Positions 26,436 to 35,340 of a DNA stretch of 58,299 bases are shown in pieces. Each line of letters begins with the position of its first letter. Position 1 is the stretch's first letter. The notes under the pieces were generated by a model that saw only the letters and a program-made list of their open reading frames with translations, did not search any database and was not told where the DNA came from. A program made the position numbers and the translations under genes. The DNA is from a virus (taxonomy: Duplodnaviria; Caudoviricetes): positions 1-58,299 of the IMG/VR virus record IMGVR_UViG_3300020060_000002. One strand, given 5' to 3'.

Positions 26436-26593
26436 GGCTGTTCTGGACGCCGCTGATGCTCGCGGGCGGGACGGTGCTGTCGTTCCTGTACCAGCCGGGG
26501 GTGACCATGCTGGCGATCGTGGGTGGTGTGGTCACCTACGTGGCGACCCGCACGGTCATCACGTTGCGGCACGCGAAGGCGGGAACTCGATGA
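26432..26593 (+). CDS. 53-aa membrane peptide
   Basis: ATGA-coupled; hydrophobic. Confidence 0.5.
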   Translation: MRLFWTPLMLAGGTVLSFLYQPGVTMLAIVGGVVTYVATRTVITLRHAKAGTR

Positions 26594-26671
26594 GCGTCAC
26601 TGTCCAAGTTGGTCGCGTGGATCTCATGCGACCCCTTGCGCGAGTGGGCCACTCTCGTGATAGCGTGTGCA

Positions 26672-26812
26672 TGTTCCACTTCGCAGTGGCAGCAACGGTT
26701 TCGGCGGCTACCGCGCCTCGCGTAGGAACTGCTGGCGCCGAATGCTACACAGCAGGTGGAACACCGAACGCCCCGCTTGGTGTAGCGCACACCGAGGCGG
26801 GGCGTTCGTGTG
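26672..26812 (+). ncRNA. Candidate stand-alone small RNA with terminator
   Basis: TAGCGT -10 at 26661; closing stem 26672-81/26754-63; terminator 26765-26808. Confidence 0.5.
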
Positions 26813-26852
26813 TAACCCCCTCGCGCGGTGGGTCGGAGAGTAGGTTCGGGCG

Positions 26853-27185
26853 ATGATCCAGGTACTCAAATCTTGGTGGCCCGCAAGCGTCTTTCTGCCC
26901 GGTGGGCACTCTTGGCACCGCACGCTGGTGTTCGCCACCAACGACGACTTGCGCGTCTATGCGCGCCGCGGCGAGCCCTACGACTGGGCATCGCCGATCG
27001 ACTTCGAGACCACGGTGGAGCCGCGGCAGTTCCGCACCCATGTGGGCATCGACATCACCACTCTCGCCGGCCTGGTGGTGGTGACTCCGACGGGTGGCTG
27101 TGGTTGCGGCAACCCGCTGAAGACGTGGCGGCCCGACTGGGCGAGCAACGTCGCCGCATGGCCGGCGCCATCATCCAAGATGTGA
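26853..27185 (+). CDS. Hypothetical protein (GCGCG motif)
   Basis: Leaderless ATG after TAGGTT. Confidence 0.65.
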   Translation: MIQVLKSWWPASVFLPGGHSWHRTLVFATNDDLRVYARRGEPYDWASPIDFETTVEPRQFRTHVGIDITTLAGLVVVTPTGGCGCGNPLKTWRPDWASNVAAWPAPSSKM

Positions 27186-27207
27186 CCGATAGGAAGTTGA
27201 GGGGATC

Positions 27208-28254
27208 ATGAGCAACACCGAGCTGTTCGCGCAGATGCTGACCTGGGCACCGGCCGCGCTGTCCGTCGCCTGCACGGCCGTCACCGTCATCTCGGCGAGC
27301 CGAGCGGAGACCTGGGCCATCAACTCCCGACTGGCCGCCGTCCGCGCCAAGAAGGCCGCCAACCGCGCGCAGGCCGCCGCGCCCGCTCTCACGCCCGCCG
27401 CGCCTGGTGTCGAGTGGCACGCCGAGCCCGTGGGCGAGGCGACCGGCCGGCACGCGCTCACCGAGGAGGTCATGCGCACGGTCCCGCCGAGGCCGCACAT
27501 GTCGTGCCCGCTGGACGGCGAGCCGCTGCGCGAGATGCAGCTCGCGGAAATGCAGCCGGCCCTGTTCACCCACGTGGACGGCACCAGCCACCCTGACCTG
27601 TTGACCGAACTCACGGTTCGTGAGGAGCACCTCGAGCAGTCGGCCTTACAGGCGATGGACGCGCTCATTACCGAGGGCAGGGGCTCGACGTGGCAGCCGC
27701 CGATCAGCGCGCTTGAGCCCCTGCGTGGGGACTCCGCGGAGGTGGAGTTGCACGTGCAGCGGGGCGGCATCCAGTACCGCAGCCTCGTCGAGGCGTTCGA
27801 GTCCAGGGAGCGTGTCGAGCAGGACGGCGGCGCGACCATCCTCGACGAGCCCACCGAGGCGATTCCTCGGGTACCGCTGCTGTACGGGTCGGGCAAGGCG
27901 ACCTATCAGATCGTCGAGCAGTCGGATCTGGTTCCCGAGGACCTAGCCGGCCAGGTGGTCGAGCCGCTGCGCGCGGTGGACCTGCCGGGGCTCGGTTGTT
28001 GCGAGGTTGTCGCCGAGGCGACCGAGGACAGGCCCGCGCTGGTGCGTCAGGTCCAAGGACGAGTCGTGAGCGCGGTGGAGCGCCATGTACGCGGCGTGGG
28101 TGACGTGATCTACGAACCCGAGGTGTACGGCGAGTTCGTGCTGATCACCGATCACGACGAGCAGTCCGTCCGGATTCCGCCCGCCTGCCTGCTGCAGCTG
28201 ATCGACGCACTGAACGAGATGGCCAACGAGCTGCACCCGGGGCGTACACGATGA
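27208..28254 (+). CDS. Hypothetical protein with N-terminal TM segment
   Basis: 348-aa ORF, GAGG RBS. Confidence 0.65.
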   Translation: MSNTELFAQMLTWAPAALSVACTAVTVISASRAETWAINSRLAAVRAKKAANRAQAAAPALTPAAPGVEWHAEPVGEATGRHALTEEVMRTVPPRPHMSCPLDGEPLREMQLAEMQPALFTHVDGTSHPDLLTELTVREEHLEQSALQAMDALITEGRGSTWQPPISALEPLRGDSAEVELHVQRGGIQYRSLVEAFESRERVEQDGGATILDEPTEAIPRVPLLYGSGKATYQIVEQSDLVPEDLAGQVVEPLRAVDLPGLGCCEVVAEATEDRPALVRQVQGRVVSAVERHVRGVGDVIYEPEVYGEFVLITDHDEQSVRIPPACLLQLIDALNEMANELHPGRTR

Positions 28255-28655
28255 GCCGCTGCTGGGGCTTCCACGTGAGCGTGATCCCCGAGACCTCACA
28301 GAACATTATCGACGTGCAGGGGCGGGCGTGGAGCCGGGTCGGCCGTCGAGCGTGGCAGCTCGACGGCGAGGGGCCGCCGTTCCACGAGTCATGGTTGCTG
28401 CGCGAGCACGGCCCGGCCCGCTGCTCGACGATCGAGGACATGCTTGCCGAGCGGGACGAGAAGCTCCTCGCTCAGCTCGAGCGCGTGGAGCCTGGCTGGT
28501 TCGTGCGGATGCCGGAGACCGGCGATGAACTGATGATCGAGGACGCCGTGATGCTCATGCGGGCCGGCTGGTTGGCGTGGCCGCCCAAGCAGCGCAAGGA
28601 CGCGCTTGCCTCGCTGCGAGAGGCCGAGGAGCGCGAGCTGGCGGTGACCTCGTGA
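28251..28655 (+). CDS. Hypothetical protein
   Basis: Coupled ORF. Confidence 0.6.
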   Translation: MSRCWGFHVSVIPETSQNIIDVQGRAWSRVGRRAWQLDGEGPPFHESWLLREHGPARCSTIEDMLAERDEKLLAQLERVEPGWFVRMPETGDELMIEDAVMLMRAGWLAWPPKQRKDALASLREAEERELAVTS

Positions 28656-29089
28656 TGGACGAGTGGACCCAGGCGTTCCGCGACGAGGAGCCGCCAACGC
28701 CGACCGTGTCGCCCACCGAGCTGGCGATCCTGGAGAACGTGGAGCAGGGGCTCGTCGAGATCGTCGGGCAGAACGACGCTGGCGAGCGCATCTACCGACT
28801 CACCGACGCGGGGCGAGCCCGCGCCCGACAGCTCCTCGACCACCCTGAGGCCGAACCGAAAGGCACGACAGTGAGCAACGAGACCAGCATCCGCGAGGCG
28901 GCCGACCTACTGGACGACGCGCTCGGGCCGCTCAATCAGGCGTTGTCGGCGCTCACGATGATCGCCGACAACTACCGACGGGCATCCGAGCAGCCGCCCG
29001 CGGAGCTAGCCAAGGCGGTGGGGGACGCGCAGGCGATTCAGCTGGCAGTGGCCGCCCTGCGTGACGACATGGAAGGTGTCGACCTGTGA
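28655..29089 (+). CDS. Hypothetical protein (possible N-terminal wHTH)
   Basis: QGLVEIVG...RIYRLTDAG. Confidence 0.55.
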   Translation: MDEWTQAFRDEEPPTPTVSPTELAILENVEQGLVEIVGQNDAGERIYRLTDAGRARARQLLDHPEAEPKGTTVSNETSIREAADLLDDALGPLNQALSALTMIADNYRRASEQPPAELAKAVGDAQAIQLAVAALRDDMEGVDL

Positions 29090-29727
29090 TCATCGGACTC
29101 GACACGCTGAGCTGGTTGATCGTCCTGGGGAATGCCAGCAGTGCCCTGCTCACCGGGCCACTGCTGATCGTGCTTCTTGGCCAGGATCGGGCGCCGCGCT
29201 ACCAGCAGTTCGGGTGGGTCCTTCTCCTGGCGGCACAGGGGCTCCTGATCCTGCTTGGCGTCAAGGCCGCACTGGCAGGGTTCGCGTGGGGGCCGCCGGT
29301 CATGATCGCCGTGGCCGTGCTCAACTGGACCCTGTGGGTGCGCTACCGACGCCAGCGAAGGGCACCAGTCGATCCAGCTAGCGAACACGCCCTGTCGGAG
29401 ATCGAGCAGGAGTTCCAGGATGCTCTCGACCGCCAACTCGGTCAGCGCGCCGAGTCCCCGAGTCGATCCGACGCGCCGAGCTGGAAGGAGGCTCCGGCGA
29501 TCACCAACCTGCTGCGTCGGATCGCCCCGGACGTGATGAGGGATGGCCGGGTGGCCATGGTCCCGGCTGTGCCGGGCCTTCACTCGGTTGGCTCGGCGCA
29601 GATTGGCCGACTCGCCAACATGTCGGCCGCCGTGGAACTGGCCGAGGACGCCATCGCCGCACTGAACCACCACGACCGGCCGGCGGCCCAGGAGCTACGC
29701 GAGCGACTCGAGGCGGCCAAACGATGA
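29086..29727 (+). CDS. Membrane protein
   Basis: Three hydrophobic N-terminal segments. Confidence 0.6.
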   Translation: MIIGLDTLSWLIVLGNASSALLTGPLLIVLLGQDRAPRYQQFGWVLLLAAQGLLILLGVKAALAGFAWGPPVMIAVAVLNWTLWVRYRRQRRAPVDPASEHALSEIEQEFQDALDRQLGQRAESPSRSDAPSWKEAPAITNLLRRIAPDVMRDGRVAMVPAVPGLHSVGSAQIGRLANMSAAVELAEDAIAALNHHDRPAAQELRERLEAAKR

Positions 29728-30110
29728 GCACGATCGAGACATCCGACTCGCTTAAGTCGCTGCGCGAAGCACTCTGCCTTGCGCAGTCCGCGCTCAGTCT
29801 CTGGCGGCTGGATGGTGACCGACCTGTCGACCGGTCCGCCACGCTGGGCCGGCTCATCGCCGACATCGACAGGCAGCGTCCGCTCGGGCCAGACGGCAAG
29901 CACGGTGACCGACACACCGAGACGTGCGGCTGCGCGGTGCAGGTGTGTACCGCCTGCGCTGGATGCGGCCAGGTGGCCAACAGCGAGGACCGCGAGCCGT
30001 GGACGTTCTGGTTGGACCTGCCGCTGAAGTCGGCCGCCGCGGTGGCCCTGGGCCTGGTGCGTCCGGTCCCCTGTGACGGCTGTGGCGGGTCTGGCCAGGT
30101 GACGCGATGA
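29724..30110 (+). CDS. Hypothetical protein with CxxCxGxG zinc-finger motifs
   Basis: CTACAGCG and CDGCGGSG. Confidence 0.6.
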   Translation: MSTIETSDSLKSLREALCLAQSALSLWRLDGDRPVDRSATLGRLIADIDRQRPLGPDGKHGDRHTETCGCAVQVCTACAGCGQVANSEDREPWTFWLDLPLKSAAAVALGLVRPVPCDGCGGSGQVTR

Positions 30111-30535
30111 GGCGTCAGGCCATTCCGCACGCCACTTGGGCGCTGGTCAACGGCGGTCGGATTCGGGTGCGGCACAACGCCGGCCATGTGCTCGAGATCG
30201 AGGTGGACGGCAACGGCGGGTTCCTCACCGACGGGAGCCACGATGCCGACTGGCAGGTGCAGCCGTCCGTGCGGCGACCGGAGTGGATCGACCACTATCC
30301 GGACCCGAGGGTGCCCGTGGACGCGAGCCGGTGGCTGGACCATCTGGCGGCGTCGGCGGCCATGATGATGTTGACGGCCGCACTGGTGCTCGGCGCCGTG
30401 CTGCTGGTCGCCGGAGGGGATGTGGCGGGCGGCGCGTGGATGTTGGGCTCCGGTGGGGTCGCGGCCCTGTCGCTCAGCTACACCCTGCGCCGCAAGACCG
30501 AACCCAGTCGTGACGAACAGAAGGAGTCAACGTGA
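30107..30535 (+). CDS. Membrane protein
   Basis: Two C-terminal TM segments; coupled. Confidence 0.55.
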   Translation: MRRQAIPHATWALVNGGRIRVRHNAGHVLEIEVDGNGGFLTDGSHDADWQVQPSVRRPEWIDHYPDPRVPVDASRWLDHLAASAAMMMLTAALVLGAVLLVAGGDVAGGAWMLGSGGVAALSLSYTLRRKTEPSRDEQKEST

Positions 30536-31062
30536 ACGAGAAGGTCAACCCGGAGAGGGCACTCGGCGACGCGGGGGTAGCGCTGGGCCACGCGGTCAAG
30601 GCGGGACGCAAGCTGCCACAGTGGACAGAGGCCGACCTCGATCGTTGCTCACACGGCCGGCATTCGATCGACGACTGCGCCAGCTGTCCCCGCGGCTCGA
30701 GCGAGGGCAACCTGTTCCCCGAGCGGGGGATCGAGCGCACTCGGGAGGATGGCACCCGGGAGTGTTGCATCGGCACCACGGTCGCCGGCCGCACCATCTG
30801 GGTGGTCGTCCGTCGGCCGAATATCCAGCGGGACCTGCTCGACGACCTCCAGCGCGAGCCGGCGCTCAAGACGATCGCCGAGGCGCTGGACAAGGTGGCC
30901 GGCGTGCTGGCCCAGGCCGACGAGGCCCTGATGGCCATCCACCAGGACGCGACGATTCCCCAGCCGGCTGAGCTGTCCGGGTGGGCGCACGGCGTGCAGC
31001 AGGCGCGCTCGGCGATGCTGGTGGCCGTGTCCGAGATGACCGATGAGCTGAGGCGGCCGTGA
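30532..31062 (+). CDS. Hypothetical protein
   Basis: AAGGAG RBS. Confidence 0.6.
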   Translation: MNEKVNPERALGDAGVALGHAVKAGRKLPQWTEADLDRCSHGRHSIDDCASCPRGSSEGNLFPERGIERTREDGTRECCIGTTVAGRTIWVVVRRPNIQRDLLDDLQREPALKTIAEALDKVAGVLAQADEALMAIHQDATIPQPAELSGWAHGVQQARSAMLVAVSEMTDELRRP

Positions 31063-31078
31063 CGGGCGAAGGGCGATC

Positions 31079-31348
31079 ATGAGCGACTACGACACGAGGG
31101 ACCTGATCCGCGCTCGCTACCCGGCCACTTTCAGCGAGGCCGAGACCCGAATCAAGGACCGGCGATGCCGCTGTGGGAAGCACGCCGCCGAGCGACACAA
31201 GGACTGCCAGTGGCACGCGGCCACCAGCGCCGACTACGCCCGAGACCTCCAGGACATCCTCAAGACCGGACGCATGAGCTGGCGATCGTGGTGGCACGAC
31301 GGGGTCAGGCTGCTGCGACGGGAACTCGGCCGTCGGAGTGAGCGGTGA
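31079..31348 (+). CDS. Hypothetical protein
   Basis: Operon context. Confidence 0.55.
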   Translation: MSDYDTRDLIRARYPATFSEAETRIKDRRCRCGKHAAERHKDCQWHAATSADYARDLQDILKTGRMSWRSWWHDGVRLLRRELGRRSER

Positions 31349-31746
31349 GCAAGACGCCGGTACCACTGGGCGAGCTGGTGCTTGACGCGGTCGCCGTGTA
31401 CCGCGCCACCAAGCTGCTCCAGCAGGATGACATCCCGCCGCTGCCCCACATCCGCGAGGAACTGATGCAGCGCTACGGGGCGAGTCCGTGGTCCGCACTG
31501 CTCGACTGCCCCTACTGCCTCAGTGTGTGGCTCGCCGGCGGGGCGGTGATCTTCCGGCGAGTCGCGCCGCGAGTCTGGCGCGTGCTCGCGCGGGTCCTGG
31601 CATCATCCGCCGTAGCAGGGGTGATCTCCGAGGTGCTCGATAGCTACCAGCCGGACGAGATCATCAAGGTGTTGGACGACGCCACTGAGAGTGTCGAGTC
31701 GGTCACCGCCACGCTGCACGACCTCACCGAGAAGATCGGCGAGTAG
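31345..31746 (+). CDS. DUF1360-like membrane protein
   Basis: YRATKLLQQDDI...LLDCPYCLSVW; directly upstream of portal. Confidence 0.7.
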   Translation: MSKTPVPLGELVLDAVAVYRATKLLQQDDIPPLPHIREELMQRYGASPWSALLDCPYCLSVWLAGGAVIFRRVAPRVWRVLARVLASSAVAGVISEVLDSYQPDEIIKVLDDATESVESVTATLHDLTEKIGE

Positions 31747-31776
31747 GCAGGTCACACGGGAGGTAGCTCGTTAATC

Positions 31777-34700
31777 ATGGCAGCCACCACCCGCAAGTCA
31801 CCCCCCAAGAAGGCGGTCAAGCCGGCGCCCCCGATGCCCAGCTTGACCGCCTCCGGCGAACAGGTCGACCTCTCCGACAAGCAGCTCACCCAGAAGATCC
31901 ACCGCCAGCGCGCCCCCTGGCAGCAGCTCGCGTGGAACTACCGGGAGCTGATCGGCGAGCTGGGCTCCGGCATCGAGTACGAGGCGAACATCGTCTCCAA
32001 GGTGCACTACGTGGTGGGACAGGTGTCCGACGAGGACGAGCCCACCCTGCCGACGAGCGATGAGTACAAGCTTCCCGATCACGTACAGCGCGCCGCCCAG
32101 GAAGCCCTCGACGCCCTGCCGTTCCGCAACGGCTACGCCTTCACCGGGGTGCTGTCCACCTGCCTGCGCGTCACCGGCGAGGCGTGGCTGCACGGCCGCA
32201 CCGAGAAGCGCCGCGAGATCTGGAGCGTGCTGTCCTCCGACGAGGTGACCCCGGTCAACAACACGCTGGGGATCGTCGACATGCCCGGCACGCCGCCGCG
32301 GCCGGTCGACAAATCCAAGGAGGTGTTGCTACGCCTGTGGAAGCCGCATCCCCGGTGGAAGCGGCTCGCCGATTCCCCGCTGCGCAGGATGCTCGACACG
32401 TGCGAGGACATCGTCCTGATCGGCCGGGAGCTGCGTGCGGCCGCACGGTCCCGGGTGGCCGCCAACGGGATCTTGCTGGTGCCCAACGAGCTGTCGGTGG
32501 TGCGCAAGCCGGACGGCAGTAGCGACGACTTCCAGACCGAACTGGAAATGACCTTGCTCGCGCCGATCGCCAACGAGGGCGACGCGGGCGCGGTGGTGCC
32601 GGTGGTGCTCAAGGGACCGGCCGACCTGCTGGAGAAGGTCCGGCACATCACCCTCCAGCGCGAGGACGCACCCCAGCTGATCGAGAAGCTGGAGTCGGCC
32701 CTACGCCGCCTGCGCGAGGGCATGGACATGCCGCCCGACGCCGGGCAGTCGGTGGCCGACATGAACCACTGGTGCGTCGACACCGACACCGAGATTCTTA
32801 CCCGGCGTGGCTGGCTCACCGAGGGCCAGCTAGAGGTGGGGGACGTGGCGCTCACGCTCAACCACGACACCGGCCTGTCCGAGTGGGCACCCGTACTTGA
32901 CATCTACCGGGCCGACGTGCGCGCCGAGCCGATGACCGCGCTGCGCACCCGAAACCACGACAGCCTCACCACCGCAGGGCATCGGTGGCCCGTACTGCAC
33001 GGTGGCCGGCGGGACTGGACCACCACAGACCAGCTGACCAGCGGGCATGGCATCACGATGGCCGCACCATCTGCTGACCTGCCCGAGGTCGCGAAGTGGT
33101 CCGATGACCTGGTCGAGCTGGTCGCCTGGTTCTGGACCGAAGGCAGCTACCAGCCCACGCCGTGTATCGCCCAGTCGCATAGTCGCAACCCTGAGCGGGT
33201 GGCTCGCATCCGCGTGCTGCTGACCCGCATGTTCGGGCCGGCAAGTACGACGCTGCGCGGCACCGGATGGCCAGCCTGGCGCGAGAAGGTGCAGGCCAAT
33301 GCCGGTTCGTACGGCGGCCCGGTCACCGTGTTCTACCTCAACCAGTATGCGGCTGCCGAGCTGCGCGGGATTGCGCCGGACAAGCGCGTGGACCCGCACT
33401 GGGTGACTGAGCTGACCATGGCCCAGTTGGCGCTGTTCATCGACGTGTCCGGTCAGGGCGACGGCCAGCACTACCGGTCCGGCTCGGCCGACATGTGGCA
33501 GGCCCGTCCGGACGCGCTGGACGCCTACGAGCTGGCACTGATCCTCTCCGGCCGGACGGTTCGCCGGAGTGATGCCGGCCGCCGGGTTGGCGTGTGGCGC
33601 CAGTCCACCGCGCGTCCGGTTAAGGCCGCACTCCAGGCGGCCGGCGCTGGCGGGCGAGCCGAGATGCGTACTCGCTGGTACACGGGCACGGTGTGGTGCC
33701 CGGTGACCCGCAACGGGACGTGGTTTGCACGTCGTGGCGGCACCAGCTACTACACGGGCAACAGCGCCTGGTCGGTGAGCCAGGAGAACTGGAAGAACTA
33801 CCTCGAGCCGCACACCCGGCTGATCGTCGACTCCCTCACCGAGGCGTACCTGCGGCCCTCGCTGATGATGCCGGCCGGAAAGGGCGGGTGGGGCCTGAGC
33901 GAGGACGAGGCCGACCTCGTCCAGGTGTGGTACGACGCCGGCAACGTCACCGAGAACGCCAACCGCGCCATGGACGCCCGGGAGCTGTACGACCGCGGCG
34001 AGGTGGGGGGCGAGTACCTGCGGACCTCACACGGCGCCAGCAAGGGGGATGCGCCCACCGATGAGGAGATGCGGCGCATGATCACCTGGAAGGCGTCCCA
34101 GTCCATGTCGCCCGAGGTGGTGCAGGCCCTCATCGCCCAGGCCATCGGCGGGGATGGGGTGAGCGTCAACGGCCAGTCGACGCCGACACCGCGAGCGATC
34201 GAGGTCTCGCGACCCGAGTCGTCCGGCGAGACCACCAGCGGGGCGCCCACGTCCGGCACGTCGGGCACCCAGCCCACCCAGCCGGTCCCGAGCGGCGTGG
34301 TGGCTGCGGTAAATCCGCAGAGGGTACTCGATTCAGTGACGCTCCTGAGCGGTGATCGACTGGCCGAGATCGAGCGCGCCCTGCGCGACCGCCTGGTGGT
34401 GGCCGCCGACGACGCCCTGGTACGCGCCCTCGAGAAAGCCGGCTCTCGCGTCCGAGCATCGTTGCAACAGAAGGACAAGACCCTCGCCGCCGACGTGAAG
34501 GGCCTGGCCGCCGAGGACGTGTGCCCACTGGTGGGCCAGGCCCGGATCGCCGAACTCGGCATCCGGGAAGACACCCTGCTCGGGCGGGCGTTCGACTACC
34601 TGGCCAAGAAGTTCACCGCGTGGACCACGCAGGCGGTCCGGGATGTGGCGCGCACGGTCGCCGACCTCGCCGGCCTGACCCTGCCGCAGGTCGCCGCGCT

Positions 34701-35340
34701 GGTGAGCAAGCTCAGCGCGCGCATCCCAACGGCGTGGAAAACGCTGGAGGCCCGACTTCAAGCCCGTGCGCTGGATCGGCTGTACGGCCGCGGCGGGGAC
34801 GAGGAGCGCGGTGAGATCCCCGACACCATCGTCTCGCCCGGCGACATCCGGGCCGCCCTGTCGGAGATCGGTGGTGCGGCCGGCACCGATGGCGCGCAGG
34901 CCGGTGGGCTGGCGCTCGGCACGGACGTGACCGGGGTGATCGACGAGCAGGCCGATCGGGTCGGGTTCTCCTGGAAGTACGGGATCACCCCCCGCGAGCG
35001 CCAGTTCGAACCGCACCGCCAGCTCAACGGCCACCGGTTCGAGAGCTGGAGCGACGCGGGCCTGGCAACCAACGCGCAGACGGCCTGGGTGGGCACGCAC
35101 TACGCCCCCGGCGATCACGACGGTTGCCTCTGTGACTACGTGCCGACGTGGGCGATCCTGGAGACGTTCGGCACCATCGACCAGGAGATCGAGCCGGAGA
35201 ACGTTGGCTCGATCTCCGACCGGGTACTGGCCCAGCTGGACGACGCCGCCGGACGGCGTGGCACGCACGCCCAGCGCAACCGTGACGAGCGGGACCGGAT
35301 TTTGGCAGTCCAGCGCGAATGGATGGAGCTGACGACATGA
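31777..35340 (+). CDS. Portal protein fused to MuF-like minor head domain, intein-containing
   Basis: LWKPHPR...ADSP...RSRVAANGILLVP portal motifs; C-terminal APGDHDGCLC. Confidence 0.8.
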   Translation: MAATTRKSPPKKAVKPAPPMPSLTASGEQVDLSDKQLTQKIHRQRAPWQQLAWNYRELIGELGSGIEYEANIVSKVHYVVGQVSDEDEPTLPTSDEYKLPDHVQRAAQEALDALPFRNGYAFTGVLSTCLRVTGEAWLHGRTEKRREIWSVLSSDEVTPVNNTLGIVDMPGTPPRPVDKSKEVLLRLWKPHPRWKRLADSPLRRMLDTCEDIVLIGRELRAAARSRVAANGILLVPNELSVVRKPDGSSDDFQTELEMTLLAPIANEGDAGAVVPVVLKGPADLLEKVRHITLQREDAPQLIEKLESALRRLREGMDMPPDAGQSVADMNHWCVDTDTEILTRRGWLTEGQLEVGDVALTLNHDTGLSEWAPVLDIYRADVRAEPMTALRTRNHDSLTTAGHRWPVLHGGRRDWTTTDQLTSGHGITMAAPSADLPEVAKWSDDLVELVAWFWTEGSYQPTPCIAQSHSRNPERVARIRVLLTRMFGPASTTLRGTGWPAWREKVQANAGSYGGPVTVFYLNQYAAAELRGIAPDKRVDPHWVTELTMAQLALFIDVSGQGDGQHYRSGSADMWQARPDALDAYELALILSGRTVRRSDAGRRVGVWRQSTARPVKAALQAAGAGGRAEMRTRWYTGTVWCPVTRNGTWFARRGGTSYYTGNSAWSVSQENWKNYLEPHTRLIVDSLTEAYLRPSLMMPAGKGGWGLSEDEADLVQVWYDAGNVTENANRAMDARELYDRGEVGGEYLRTSHGASKGDAPTDEEMRRMITWKASQSMSPEVVQALIAQAIGGDGVSVNGQSTPTPRAIEVSRPESSGETTSGAPTSGTSGTQPTQPVPSGVVAAVNPQRVLDSVTLLSGDRLAEIERALRDRLVVAADDALVRALEKAGSRVRASLQQKDKTLAADVKGLAAEDVCPLVGQARIAELGIREDTLLGRAFDYLAKKFTAWTTQAVRDVARTVADLAGLTLPQVAALVSKLSARIPTAWKTLEARLQARALDRLYGRGGDEERGEIPDTIVSPGDIRAALSEIGGAAGTDGAQAGGLALGTDVTGVIDEQADRVGFSWKYGITPRERQFEPHRQLNGHRFESWSDAGLATNAQTAWVGTHYAPGDHDGCLCDYVPTWAILETFGTIDQEIEPENVGSISDRVLAQLDDAAGRRGTHAQRNRDERDRILAVQREWMELTT
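32773..33762 (+). mobile_element. Intein (330 aa) with LAGLIDADG-like endonuclease region
   Basis: N-terminal CVDTDTEILTRRGW, block B TAGHRWP, LVAWFWTEGS, C-terminal VWCP...YYTGN|S; extein NHW|SAW. Confidence 0.9.
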
